From Neoechinorhynchus agilis (Eukaryota > Animalia > Acanthocephala), in contig CM121343.1 of assembly GCA_051530055.1 (NCBI GenBank), positions 4,558,389 through 4,622,388 of the forward strand: a stretch of DNA of 64,000 nt, given 5' to 3'. Positions 1 through 11,314 of the stretch are shown here, one piece after another; position 1 is the first letter of the stretch, and each line of letters starts with the position of its first letter. The translations under genes and the position numbers were made by a program. The notes below the pieces were generated by a model that was not told the origin of the DNA, made no database searches, and worked only from the letters and a program-made list of their open reading frames with translations.

Positions 1-1201
1 AGTAATATCCTATGTAACGGATATTTAAGTAACTCGAAATTTTTATCATGCACGCGTGGAACGACCAAGCTTCCAAGGCTTTCCATTGACGATGAAACCA
101 TCGCAAAAAGAGTAGCCGATTTGAAATTGGAGGAAATGCAAGCCCTTCCGTACGAGAGATGGGATGTTGGCTCTAATGTCGTGGATTGATTCTCTGGTGG
201 TTCAGCGACAACAACACAGAGACCAATGTGTCTCTGAAGTAATGATTTGCGATAGGATTCAAGCAGTCCAGGATTGCTTATGCTCATAAGCCCGTCTGTT
301 ATCAAAATAATCAATCTTCGATCAGTTCTACCGAACATGTCGGCTCCACATTGACACTCAGAATCGGGCATCATGTTCAATAACATTATTCCAGAATTTA
401 GCACATTGCATAACTCGTTGCTCAAATCACTCAATAGTTTACACTCTTCACCACTTTTTAGATCCAAATTTCCGATCATTTTATTAGATTTGTATTTCAC
501 CCGCCATATTTCATAAACTAATGTTTTCAAACGAGCATTTACAATCTCCATTATTTCGTCCAAACGTGTATTATTGTCCAAAACGAGACAATTAACAATA
601 ACTTGTTGAGAGGAGTTCCCAAGATTTATTGGAAAGTGAGCCATTATTGATATGTAAATCTCTGGCTTAAAAAGAGTCGATCCATCCGAAGCATATACGG
701 GCTCACAGAGTTGCTGAAGAAGAGATTGTAACTGCACCGCAATCAGTTCCGCATTTATGAGTTTATAACGATAGTGTACAAAACTAGATGATTCGCTCAC
801 TTCAAAGGTGTTCAAAGGAAATAGCGTACATTGAGCACCTTTGATCATAGGTCCATTAGAATCGCAAGTTTGTAGGAATGTGAGAAAATATAAGGTCGAC
901 TGTCGGTGTCAATGTATACTGCATCTGCGTGGTAATTGTTTGGCGTTAGAAATGTTTCGGATTTACCATTTGTCCTTAGTCTTGCAGCGATTACATTGAA
1001 CCTTTTGTCTTCTGATGAAGGCCCAACAACAATCGAGCGCTTTTCTATTAAGGTATCCATATACCATCTAATCATTTCTCCCTTCGTAATTATGTCTTTT
1101 TTGGACGTGGGCAATATATATACTTGGTCTGCGATTTGAGGTATCATTAAGCCGGTGTGAACGTTTGTCTGAAAATAAGTTAGGTAAATTGATAAATTCA
1201 T
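1..1201 (-). CDS. SZT2: SZT2 (KICSTOR subunit) N-terminal region, runs off window start; two apparent single-base frameshifts near 845 and 495
   Basis: Manual translation of successive minus frames gives ADQVYIL..RWYM, SYKLAILMDL, LFKPEIYISIMAH..QQVIVNCLVLD and LNSGIMLLNMMP..LIILITDGLMSISN, matching in order remembered SZT2 blocks (GQVFLL, QYRFVIELDL, FQPEIYVTIQAY..QVLVQGCLLD, GIIVITDG). Start codon uncertain (1201 or 1147). Confidence 0.8.
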
Positions 1202-3908
1202 ACAGTAATCGAATATAATGTACTAAACTGCTTTTACTTTGATAGCTGCAATATAATGCTTCGTACTATTTGATTACCTCCCATTTTTCGTCGGTTTCAC
1301 TACAAATATATTTCAATTTTTAGGTAGCTAGTGATCACTGTCATCAATGTTCTTAAAAAAATTCAAAATAAAAATTCATTGGCTCGGTTTTATAAAGTAA
1401 GATATATAAAACACCGAAAAATCTTTATCCCAAGAAACCTTAGAATTTAATTAAGTACTAAATGCCCTAAGATAAAATTGAAGAGTTCTTTTTCTAAATT
1501 TATATGTTTTCATGGGTGAAGCGCATCGCTCAGAGTGCGAATTCGCTTTCGTAAGACTTAAATCAAACATCTATTTGTGAACAAATTCTTCTTATCAGAT
1601 AATAAATAACAAGTTCAAATTAAAAGATTTGCCATTAAAAATCATGGTTGAATGCAATGATGATTACCGCATTTATCTAAGATATGGTTTATCGATTCAC
1701 GTTTCCGTCATGTTATATCATAGATGGACCATGGTTAATGTCGTTGAATGGTATTATCCGATCTGCAGAATAAAAGGTCCTTCAATTCATATATTTCCGT
1801 CGATAGTAAAAGAAATATTCGTCGCCCGATTATTCTCTGTCGAATTTCATCTTGCACTGTATTTATCTCGTTGCTTTTGTTATTTCCGGAGTATTTAAAC
1901 TTTAGATGAATCGCCAATGATCGTTACGATCTCAAGGTTTTATATATGCCTTTCAATCCTTTCCAGCACCTTTCTAATGAAACTGATCACGTGGTGAACA
2001 TTTAATCGATTCGTGAATCGACCGATTTACAGCTGAAGACGACTGTCAAATGATTGATATTGACCCGAAGGATTTTTTAATCATGATATGGTTTAATATA
2101 AAAAGATTTAACGTATTTTTAGTTCGGTGCACCTCGAAATGAGAATGTTCGATCGATAGTTTGCCTAGCAGACATAGATGAAACCGTTTAGAATTTAAAA
2201 AGTGAAAATAAAAAAGTTTAAAAGAAAAGGACTAAGAAGTCAGCAGTTGAAACCCGTCGAGAATTGATTTATCTAATGTGGCCGGAAGGAACAACATGAA
2301 CCAATGACTTCATTCGACGACTTAGAACATAGTGCAATAAATGATTAATTACAAATATAATTCGAATGAAATTTTTATCACAGATTAAGATTGAAAGCTC
2401 AGGTGACTTAAAGAAATACTGCATTCTTGTTGTTTTTACACAGCATTATTACTTTTTGAGTGTAGGAGGCATGCTAGATGAAGATATATTGCCATAAGAC
2501 CCTATTTCATACAATATAGTAGATTGCCGTCCCTTTGACAAGATAGTATATACCAAAGAGATACCAAATCGACGGAATTGTACATAGATTGTCGCCACTT
2601 CATTCAAAAAGGATTTTACCTTGCGTTTATGAAGTGGTAAGGCGAAAAAGTTCATTGTTCGTTCAAATAAGCAAATGTGGAGCTACAATTATTAAGGGAA
2701 GGGAGGTAAAGGAGTGAAAACGGGAGTCACATCTCGTAGCGTTCACATAAAAAATGCACCCGCAATAAAACAAAGGAAGTTTTCGAAAAATCAACTACTT
2801 CGGTAAGTGCTTGACTTAAGGAGATAAATGGAAAAATATTTCTATATACCAGAAAAGGCTAAAAAGACTAACGAACTATCGATAAAAACACTGTGCGTTA
2901 CAACTAATGAGGCAATTACTAGATCTTACATATCTTGTGTTTATAGAGTAATTTCTTACCTAGCGTTTAATGTTTCGGCGTAATAAATTTACAATAAAAT
3001 TCCAAACCTTTTTAGGAAACTCTTGAAGATGCTCATTGCAAATCAAGTATTTTATGTGCATAAAAACTATTTTTGAGGCATATTAGAATTTATTTTAGCA
3101 ACCACATAATGAAGGCTTCGTTCATCGCGTCAATCAGGGAAACCGAGAGTGCCTTTTCTAGATGCATAGATATATATCATTTCAAACACATAATTCGCGA
3201 ATGTCAAAAATGAGACGTTTGATGAATCGAATTCAGAAATCAATCGAACATAAAGTGACAAATGCCACTAAAAATCACTCCTACAATTCTACTTAAACAT
3301 CTGATACTCTATTAGTCGCTGAATGTCATGAAAATCGTATCCAGTGAACGTCGTAATCGTCAGATATTTATGCTGAGGGCTTCTTGAAATAACGTAAATT
3401 TACAAAATATATAGTAAAGCTAACACCGTATGAGGAATAATGATTACCAAAAAGATAATTCTGTTTGTCGCAGCTCCTAAAAATTAAGAATTGAACACCC
3501 GTAAAAAGCTTAGTTGAGTAATAGGGTTCATGCTTATTTAACCCCGTTTACCGCACCAATTTGCATCTATAAAACTTTACCAAAGTAAATCATAACCTTT
3601 AACCTTTACTAGAACTTTTTTAAATGGATTTATGATAGCTGAAACACCCACAAATGCAGCTTAAAAATTAATAATGTGCATGATACGAATATTGGGTGAC
3701 TCCTCGGGCACACACTGCATATCGGATTGGCAAATTATAAAAGCGAGATACTTGAAAATCAATATTGTTGTAAAAGAATAATGTTCAAAATTCAATCGCC
3801 TTAAACCATGAAGAACTAAGCTAGTACTTTACCAGCAAATTGTAACGTAATTTAACATTTTCTGTAAAGCCGAAGCCCCTATCTAACCCAAGGAAATTAT
3901 TGACGATT

Positions 3909-4551
3909 GGCCCAGTGGTCGAGTGGCATAATCACGCTCAAAATGCGCTCGATATGTCGATGGTTCAAGTCCACTGGCCGCTGGGTTTCACGGGGGTTAT
4001 TAGGACATACTTTTAATGTTAATCTATCTGTTAGATCTGATATTACCAGAATGAAAGCACTTTTGAAAATTGCCAAATCTAAAGCTAGACGGGCCTGTAA
4101 TCTTGGATTAAGTATTAAGCAAATCCAATCCGTTTGGAAAACTTGGGCAATCTCTAGCCTGGTATTCTTTCCAGAGGTCGCCCTCCAGAACAGAAACCAC
4201 AGTTCATTAACGCCTTTTTGAAGCATTTAGACTCGTTGCCTCTCACCTGGGCTGGAGAGCTAAGAGACTTCTCCCTTATAAGGCTTGAGAAATGGACGAA
4301 TCTATAGGAACCTAGCATGTGATTATTATAAAATAACTTATGATGAATAAATCATGCTATGTTATGCACACTGCTGGAAGGGTGGGGTAAGGTTTGAGAT
4401 CGGTCCTAGAAGAGGATTGGCCTTGTCCCTTTGAGTGCGGTTGAGCGCCTCCGAAGTGTATTAGTAAGCCGAGAGGTTCCCAAGGAACGAAAAGGCTCCC
4501 AAAGACATTTCGTGAGTCCCTGTGTGTATGCGATTAAGATAAATAAGATAC
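3909..4551 (+). mobile_element. tRNA-derived SINE copy 1, interrupted by a ~370-bp insert (about 3997-4370)
   Basis: A-box TGGTCGAGTGG (3916-3926), B-box GGTTCAAGTCC (3962-3972); head and body (CTGCTGGAAGG..AGGTTTGAGATC..GGCTCCCAAAGA..GATAAATAA) shared with 32190-32432 and 54003-54286. Confidence 0.8.
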
Positions 4552-5047
4552 TAAACCTTAAAAGCACATTTCGCACAGTCCAACAAATATACCGATTTCA
4601 ATCCACGCAGAATACCCGAAAACCCGCAAACCGCCGATTTTAATCGATAGCAGTAACAAAAGAAACTAACTTCTTTTAAATAGCGTTTCGGCGTAATCAC
4701 TAAGCAGCGGAATCATGTATTTCACGTGTCCGAATTTTTATCGGGGATTACAAAGTCATCCAGCAATTTTCATGAATTTTAAAAGCAACATAACTGACTT
4801 GGGTAGCATTAAGTAAAAATAGCTGCGTATAATCTTACGGACCACAGCGGTTTAACATTAGCGGACATCCGCGTCGAAAGTGATCATTTCGAAATTGTAC
4901 GCATCTTGGGTTGCAATGTGATTTGAGCCCGGAAAACAAAATGGTATTGGAAAGTTTGAATTTTAATCAAAGAATGGTTGATATCCACGACCTCGTCAAG
5001 CATTCTGAAATAATTAAAAGGTTATCACCGATTATCAACCAGAACCT

Positions 5048-6445
5048 TTATAGGTTAAAAGCACTTAACAGCGGCAAGATATCCTTTCTTGACTTATCAC
5101 AGGCGTTTTGCTTAAAATGCTTAATATGCAGACTTTGATCGCTTATGGGCATACTTGTTGAAATCTCTTCAAGTTTCAATTCGGCGTCCGGGTCCGTGAG
5201 ATATGCAATTATCTATCGATATACAATGTATATACATATAGTCGAGCATAGTATTTTATCGCATTTATACCTTTTTCTGTAGCTCCTGATTAGTCGAAAC
5301 CACGGCTAGTTCTCGGCTAATGGAAGCATTTGATCCATGATTCTCAGTCAATATGCTTAAAAGTACAATCGCATCACACTTATTTGTCGTTAAGAATTCC
5401 AGTAGCGCAGCTTGTGATCCGTCCCGGTTTAAAAAATCCTAAAAATCGAATTGCGAAATTGGCGTTACTACGATTTCAATGGGAAAAAGGTTTACCTTCA
5501 CGGTGTAGCATACCGGCATCATAGGTATTGCTATTCGATAGTTATTTTTTGTTGTCGTCGATTTTAGATCCCGTTCGAGAATTTGTTGACTCGTGAAATC
5601 ATCAACTGAGCTTGTAGCATCTCTTGAAGCGCGCAGTAGTGCTTCACAGGCTGCTTCGAGTGTAGCAAAATGAACATCGGGATCCTGAGCACCTTTGATG
5701 ATTTGAATTAAAGCTGATGCCATTTTGAAATCTTTTGAATTGCATCTCCCCATTTTATGAGACAGACCAATGGTATCAGTGATGATGGGGGCCAACATGA
5801 ATCGAGCGAACATTGCGTCTATTAAGAATCGATCGTCGTAGAAAATCAACTCCGAGATAATACTCATACACGATCCGACCCGTTCTACGATATATGGACT
5901 AAAACGATATTTTATCATACGTTTACAACAATGCAGGACTAACTCGTAGTTGTTGTTGCGGACTGCATCATCGTGATGGTCGATCACACCAATAACCCGT
6001 ATGAAATCGTAGGTGGTCTTGTTATGATCTACAAGGATTGCTCTAAGTGGACCCATTGATTTGATTTCGTCGATAAACACAAGTAGATTCTCAATACCGA
6101 ACCCATACGTGCCGTATAGATGCCAATGGACGTTTGATCGAGTCCAAAACTTACTGCGGGTTGTGTTCATTACAGGCCAGAAACTCTTTTTTTCAACGGA
6201 CGTTAAACTGTAGCGTAGGATATTATCACCAGGAATCCTTATCCAGGCTACAGTGCTAAATAAAACGCATACGATATCGAACTTGCCACCGAATCTAAAT
6301 CGCAGCCTTCATTTCCAAGAATTACGGTTGGACTTTCACCTTTATATCCCGCATCCAGCTAAATTCGCCCAAGTGCGATTAAATACTTACGAATCACATA
6401 TACCTCAATAAACTCATTCCGAACTCGCTTTAGAAAGCCATTCAT
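5048..6445 (-). CDS. PRUNE1: PRUNE-like exopolyphosphatase (DHH/DHHA2 family), multi-exon
   Basis: VILGNEGCDLDSVAS (minus, ~6270-6330), VIDHH, PIITDT, RDLK and C-terminal QNACDKSRKDILPLL; short GT-AG introns join the frames; ATG at 6445, TAA at 5048-5050. Confidence 0.9.
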
Positions 6446-6898
6446 CGCAACTGCACTCATTCCGTTATCCAAGTTTGGACTTTTTTCTTAACACCCAATG
6501 ATTCTTCCGTTTAAGGATTTTGGGCGGCTTCAACAACTGCGATTCAGCTCTTTATATCCCGAGTGTTCGGTTTTGACATAAATACACGGCGTGAAGCTCA
6601 TTTAGGCTCTGACGTATGCGAGTTCGTACGTTCCGGATTCTTAAGGTCGTATACGTTAGAGTCTCTAATAAGAGATCGGTGTGGCTTCATGCTGTAACCT
6701 TATGCCAAAAGCCGAGGAATCGGGACGTAACAACCTGAATCAGCAAGACCCGGCTTCTTAGTAACTTTCGAAAATTAATAACTTTGAATGTTCTTAAACG
6801 AGTGCTGGTGAATGTTCGGGCGCGAGCAAACACACTCCTCAAATGTATTTACCTTTTTAACGGTTATTTAGTTCTCTTCGGAATGTCCATTTGGACTG

Positions 6899-7020
6899 GT
6901 GGTGAACATAATCCCGATTAAAGATTCCTTTATTATTAGAAAGTATTTCGCATCACATATTTAAATAATTACTGATTTCATAACAATAGAAGAATCTTTA
7001 ATCGGGATCATGTTCGCCAC
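6899..7020. repeat. Foldback: 29-bp inverted arms around an AT-rich spacer
   Basis: GTGGTGAACATAATCCCGATTAAAGATTC (6899-6927) vs GAATCTTTAATCGGGATCATGTTCGCCAC (6992-7020), 2 mismatches. Confidence 0.85.
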
Positions 7021-7070
7021 CCTCCAATGTGCCATCCCGAGGGATCTTCTTGATATGATAAAGCAAATCT

Positions 7071-7110
7071 TTATTTCCGAGCTTTCGCCGTCTTATAGCT
7101 TCTTCAGGAA
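7071..7110 (-). ncRNA. Minimal type I hammerhead ribozyme-like motif
   Basis: Minus strand TTC-CTGAAGA-A-GCT(ATAAGAC)GGC-GAAA-GC-TC-GGA then AATAAA; complete core, palindromic AGCU helix III, 3-bp helix I. Confidence 0.6.
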
Positions 7111-7204
7111 TTGTTTTCGGAGAAAAAAATCATTGACGAAAGGGCTTTAATATCAATTTAAATGCCTTTTTTTGAATAATAACACGTTTATTTGTTAGTT
7201 TTTT

Positions 7205-7385
7205 TTCCTTGTAAAAGTTTTTTTTAAGCAAGCATACATAATTTATAGTTTCATCAACGCTCCTATTCATCGGCGCTGGCTAAAATGCTAGCCGCATTGC
7301 TCCGCCGCACCGCAATGCTTATTTTTTGCGCCAAGAACGACGTCAATCTTGGCTCTCCAGTCGCTGCGTTGATTCGTTTCCCCAC
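7205..7385 (-). mobile_element. 3' end fragment of CRE-type non-LTR retrotransposon
   Basis: Near-identical to 60290-60445 (AATGEPRLTSFLAQKISIAV.R.NAASILASADE plus 3' UTR and A-rich tail). Confidence 0.85.
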
Positions 7386-7559
7386 AAAGAATAGAACGCA
7401 TTTACCTTTGTTGTCCTCAAGGCTCGAAAAATCTAAGATATTATAACGATAGGAGATATGGTTGATAATTTCGATTTTAAAACTAATCCGATCTGCTCTA
7501 TCTGATGGATTAACGGTTAAGATGGCCACTGTTGACCCGACCGTTTTACGTGCGTGATT

Positions 7560-7800
7560 GGAATCGATATCGGATAAATTGTTCCGGCTAGCATTGCTCC
7601 ATACAAGCCTATCCATGAAAATATCTTTTTGAGATGTTTCGCGAGGAAACCTCTTTTCATCAGATTCGGCGATCTGATGAGCACCACCACATCTCCAACT
7701 TTATTATCCTGAAGGATTTTCTCTTCACAATTATACTCATTATTGAACATGTCGAGGTCCCAAAACTTTGCTTTTAATTTCATAAATTTAGAATGACTTG
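7560..7800 (-). mobile_element. Possible Polinton/Maverick-type integrase C-terminal remnant
   Basis: HSKFMKL..KVGDVVVLIR...MKRGFL...KIF resembles the remembered pattern HS.I.M.P..KVGD.VRI..F.KGY.PNW..EIF; degenerate. Confidence 0.35.
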
Positions 7801-8379
7801 TTGAGTCAGATCATTAAATTTCGCTGGACTTTATGCCATTGATGCATTTTCTCTTCTGTGATGAAACCAATTGCGATCAAATTTAAGGAACATTGAGGCT
7901 GGAATTAGTTATCCTTTCAAAATGTCCTAATGTTTTACGTTAATTACAAATGACAATTTAATTTTTGTTACTAGCATCTACTCCTAAAAATTCCTGAACT
8001 ATTCATGCCAAAATATTAATTCGAATTTCTTTACTACTTTATTATGGGGCTCATTTGTTATGTTCAACCAAATTTCGAAAAAAAGAGAAGTCAGAAGTGT
8101 ATTAATTATTTGGAGAAATGTGCGATCAGAATTTTTTACTTTTTTGTAGTTTTGCCACCCCGGATTTAATTTCACTAATTTATTTCCCCAATATTTCGTC
8201 TGATAATATTTCGACATTATGAAGGTTTGTCATCTAAAACACGAACATTCGCGTTATCCTACGGACTGGTTATCATCGGGCAACATACTAATTGTCCATT
8301 AAAACTTCTGAGCTAGAGCACCACTGCCTTTTTAATGGGAATTATTTAAAATGATGGTGGCTTTATTATGTTTTATCAT

Positions 8380-8700
8380 CGGAATGAGCAGCCTATCTCG
8401 ATGGCTTCCATTATCAACCGATTCCGTAAATATGGCTGTACGCTGGTCACACATTAGCTTAATCAAAATCAATTTGACGTCCACAATTCACCACATAATT
8501 TGATATGGCCGAGGTAGAGTCATATCGCCTGCGTGCATATCTGTGCTGCCAAGCCCTATTTGGTCTGTCCCACATATTTGATTGGGCAGTCCTTGCAGTG
8601 AAAGCCCATAAAATATGCTGTACATACAGGTTATGACAAGTTGAAATACAAGAAATACAGGGAAATAAGAGGCCATCTTAGATTTTTGGGAACTCATAGC
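8380..8700 (-). mobile_element. Penelope-like element GIY-YIG endonuclease remnant
   Basis: Minus frames CGRQIDFD and LRNRLIMEAIEI; homologous at nucleotide level to 22300-22870. Confidence 0.65.
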
Positions 8701-9948
8701 ATCGTTTGGTTTTCATTTCGGCACATTCGCAACCCGGAACTAGAGCTAAGGAATTGTTCACTTGTTATAAGATGATTGGATCTTTGAACATTTGCCCTAT
8801 TTAATATATTTTATTTCTACCAATTATTTTAGACTTTAAGATAGTATGAAAGCAATGTTTCTGGTCAGTGCAAAATAGATGATGGGCTACTTTACTACAA
8901 AGAAATTTCCGGCGTTGTTGTCTCTTCGAAATTAATCGAAATATTTCATCCTTTGGGGTTTTATACGTCTGGTATATTGGGCTCCATATTGATAAACACT
9001 TGGGGTTAATAAAGAAATTACCAGTAGTGGTAGCATTGTTTTACGAAAAACCAAAACGGAAATGTAAAACATTAAAAAAAGCGAAACTATAGAGACCGAT
9101 AAAGTCCATAAAGATTAAGGGAAATATTTCAAATCAATATAATAAGACACCTTTGAACCACCGTTTATCACACTTACATTAACATACACGGATGGATACG
9201 GTACACGAATACTTGATGAATAGAAAAATTAGAAAATGCAAAAGGCTTTTCGGTGCAAACACTAATGGACCATTGACTTTGATTAAGCATCTTATAATTC
9301 GATAAGACTCACGATTTTCCTTATTTTTATGGTATTTTGACGTGCACAAACGAATACAACACACGTAGAGACCCACATGCTCATTGCCGGATAATTTGAC
9401 TAAATTAAGTAGTGCAATTTTTACTCATGTCAACATCAGAATGTCACGAGTGCTATTTGTCACAAGGACACTCGTGGCCTACTTAAAACGTCCTGTTGTT
9501 TGATCGATCGTAAGCGTTCCTAAGATCGTAAAGTTATTGATTTTCGATCAATCTGATCGTGATCACCTTTTTTGTGTGCCTAGCACTGTCACAAAGTTCA
9601 CACACTCATTGTTTTGCGTATCTTCATGCGACGACGAACCTATTTCGGTACGTGCAACTAGTTTGACTTTTGAATGGCGCCACGTTCGCTGACTTATTCA
9701 TTGAAGAGTGAACAATGAGAGTGGCTCGCCACTCACCTTCACTAAAATTATCAACAAAGACATTTGATGGCACTGTGTCAGAAAGTATGCCACTGAGAAG
9801 CATGTAGGCAGTACCGTTTTCAGTGTTCTTGTTTTTATTCGTTCCAACAGTAAACTATTGTTGAGCATTTTTGTTGTGTTCAGGGTTCACCTTCTAAGTA
9901 GTTCAGCGATATCTTGACTTATTTCTTTAGCGTAAAATATCTTTTAGA

Positions 9949-11163
9949 ATGCCTGAAGTCAAACCTCGAGGTCGCATGTGCGCCCCGCTGACCATAGTGG
10001 CGGCTCCAAACATCGCGCTTATCAAATACTGGGGAAAAGCAGATGAGACATTGAACATTCCATTGAACACTTCTATAAGCGTAACTCTGGACCGAGATGA
10101 TATATTCACGGAAACAGAGGCTTGCTGCAGAGGGATTGGAGAGACCGTTTTGATTCTTAATGGTAAACAAGTTAGTCCTATACCTGAGCGAGTACGTAGG
10201 ATGATGAGGGCTTGTGCGGAATATGAAGATACAGGACTGGAGATAAAAACTGTTAATAGTTTTCCTACCTGTTGCGGTCTAGCATCAAGTTCATCTGGAA
10301 TGGCAGCGTTGGCCTTTGGTGTAGCGTGGTTCAGTGGATGCGGACGAAATGAACAAAACGATGAAGAACAAATTGGACTGTTGGCAAGACTCGGGTCTGG
10401 CAGTGCATGCCGAAGTGTGTATGGAGGATTTGTTCAATGGTCAGCAGAAGAACCATCGCTTCCAAAACAAATCAAACCACATACTCACTGGCCCGAACTT
10501 CGAATTATTATCTTTATTTTCGACGAAGGAAGGAAGCTTACAAGCAGTTCAGATGGGATGCGACGATCTGTTGAAACCAGTAAGTTCCTAACAAAGAGAT
10601 TAGAAGATTTCTCAGGGGAAAACTCAGTTGTCCAAAGAATGCTGAACGCTATCGAAACCAAGGATTTTAATGAATTTTCCGAAATCGTAATGAAGGAATC
10701 CAATAAACTTCATGCTATCTGCATGGATACATATCCACCCCTTTTGTATCTGAACGACGCATCAAGAGCGTTTATAAATTTTGTTCACCAAGTCAACGCT
10801 TTTAGCAATGAAGAAGGTGAACCGAACCGACTTGCATACTCATTCGACGCGGGTCCTAATGCATTTTGCTTCGCAGATCGAAAAGATACGGTTGCTGCAC
10901 TCCTCAAAATTGTACAGACATTTGCTACTGTTCAAAAATTGTCGATTGTCAAGAAGCTGGACAATTTGACACACGACTATTGCTCAGGATTCAGAATCGA
11001 AAATTCAGACAATGACATGGAGACAAATGTGCTGACCAGTGGAATGCCCAATGGTCGCATGGTTGTGATCAATGAATCTGTTTTCACGTTCGTTAGTCAC
11101 CTCAAAGATATAATTATCACTAAACCCGGACCAGCTCCGTTAGTCAGCCTCGGACACCCCTAA
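9949..11163 (+). CDS. MVD: Diphosphomevalonate decarboxylase
   Basis: Single 404-aa ORF with NIALIKYWGK, GLASSSSG, LARLGSGSACRS, ESNKLHAICMD..PPL.YLN and AYSFDAGPN. Confidence 0.96.
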   Translation: MPEVKPRGRMCAPLTIVAAPNIALIKYWGKADETLNIPLNTSISVTLDRDDIFTETEACCRGIGETVLILNGKQVSPIPERVRRMMRACAEYEDTGLEIKTVNSFPTCCGLASSSSGMAALAFGVAWFSGCGRNEQNDEEQIGLLARLGSGSACRSVYGGFVQWSAEEPSLPKQIKPHTHWPELRIIIFIFDEGRKLTSSSDGMRRSVETSKFLTKRLEDFSGENSVVQRMLNAIETKDFNEFSEIVMKESNKLHAICMDTYPPLLYLNDASRAFINFVHQVNAFSNEEGEPNRLAYSFDAGPNAFCFADRKDTVAALLKIVQTFATVQKLSIVKKLDNLTHDYCSGFRIENSDNDMETNVLTSGMPNGRMVVINESVFTFVSHLKDIIITKPGPAPLVSLGHP

Positions 11164-11314
11164 GAAGGAGCGTATGAATGTTCTTTGTAAACACGTTTTT
11201 CATTGGAAAAAATGAGGCATTCTTTGATATTTCGGTGTCGAATTTTATCCAGACAATGTACAACGAATTGGTAGAAATAGGGAAAGGAGAACGGAGAAGT
11301 TATGAGCTCTACAT

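Noticed and set aside
1620-2140. Penelope reverse transcriptase remnant
   Set aside because: Only a vague FTIDG.IY pattern across frame breaks and no YxDD.
3909-3982. Functional tRNA gene
   Set aside because: D-arm and acceptor stem pair poorly, and the head is fused to the same body in three copies, which fits a SINE.
9179-9376. THAP-like N-terminus (CCIRLC)
   Set aside because: Lacks the downstream conserved Pro, Trp, Cys and His residues.
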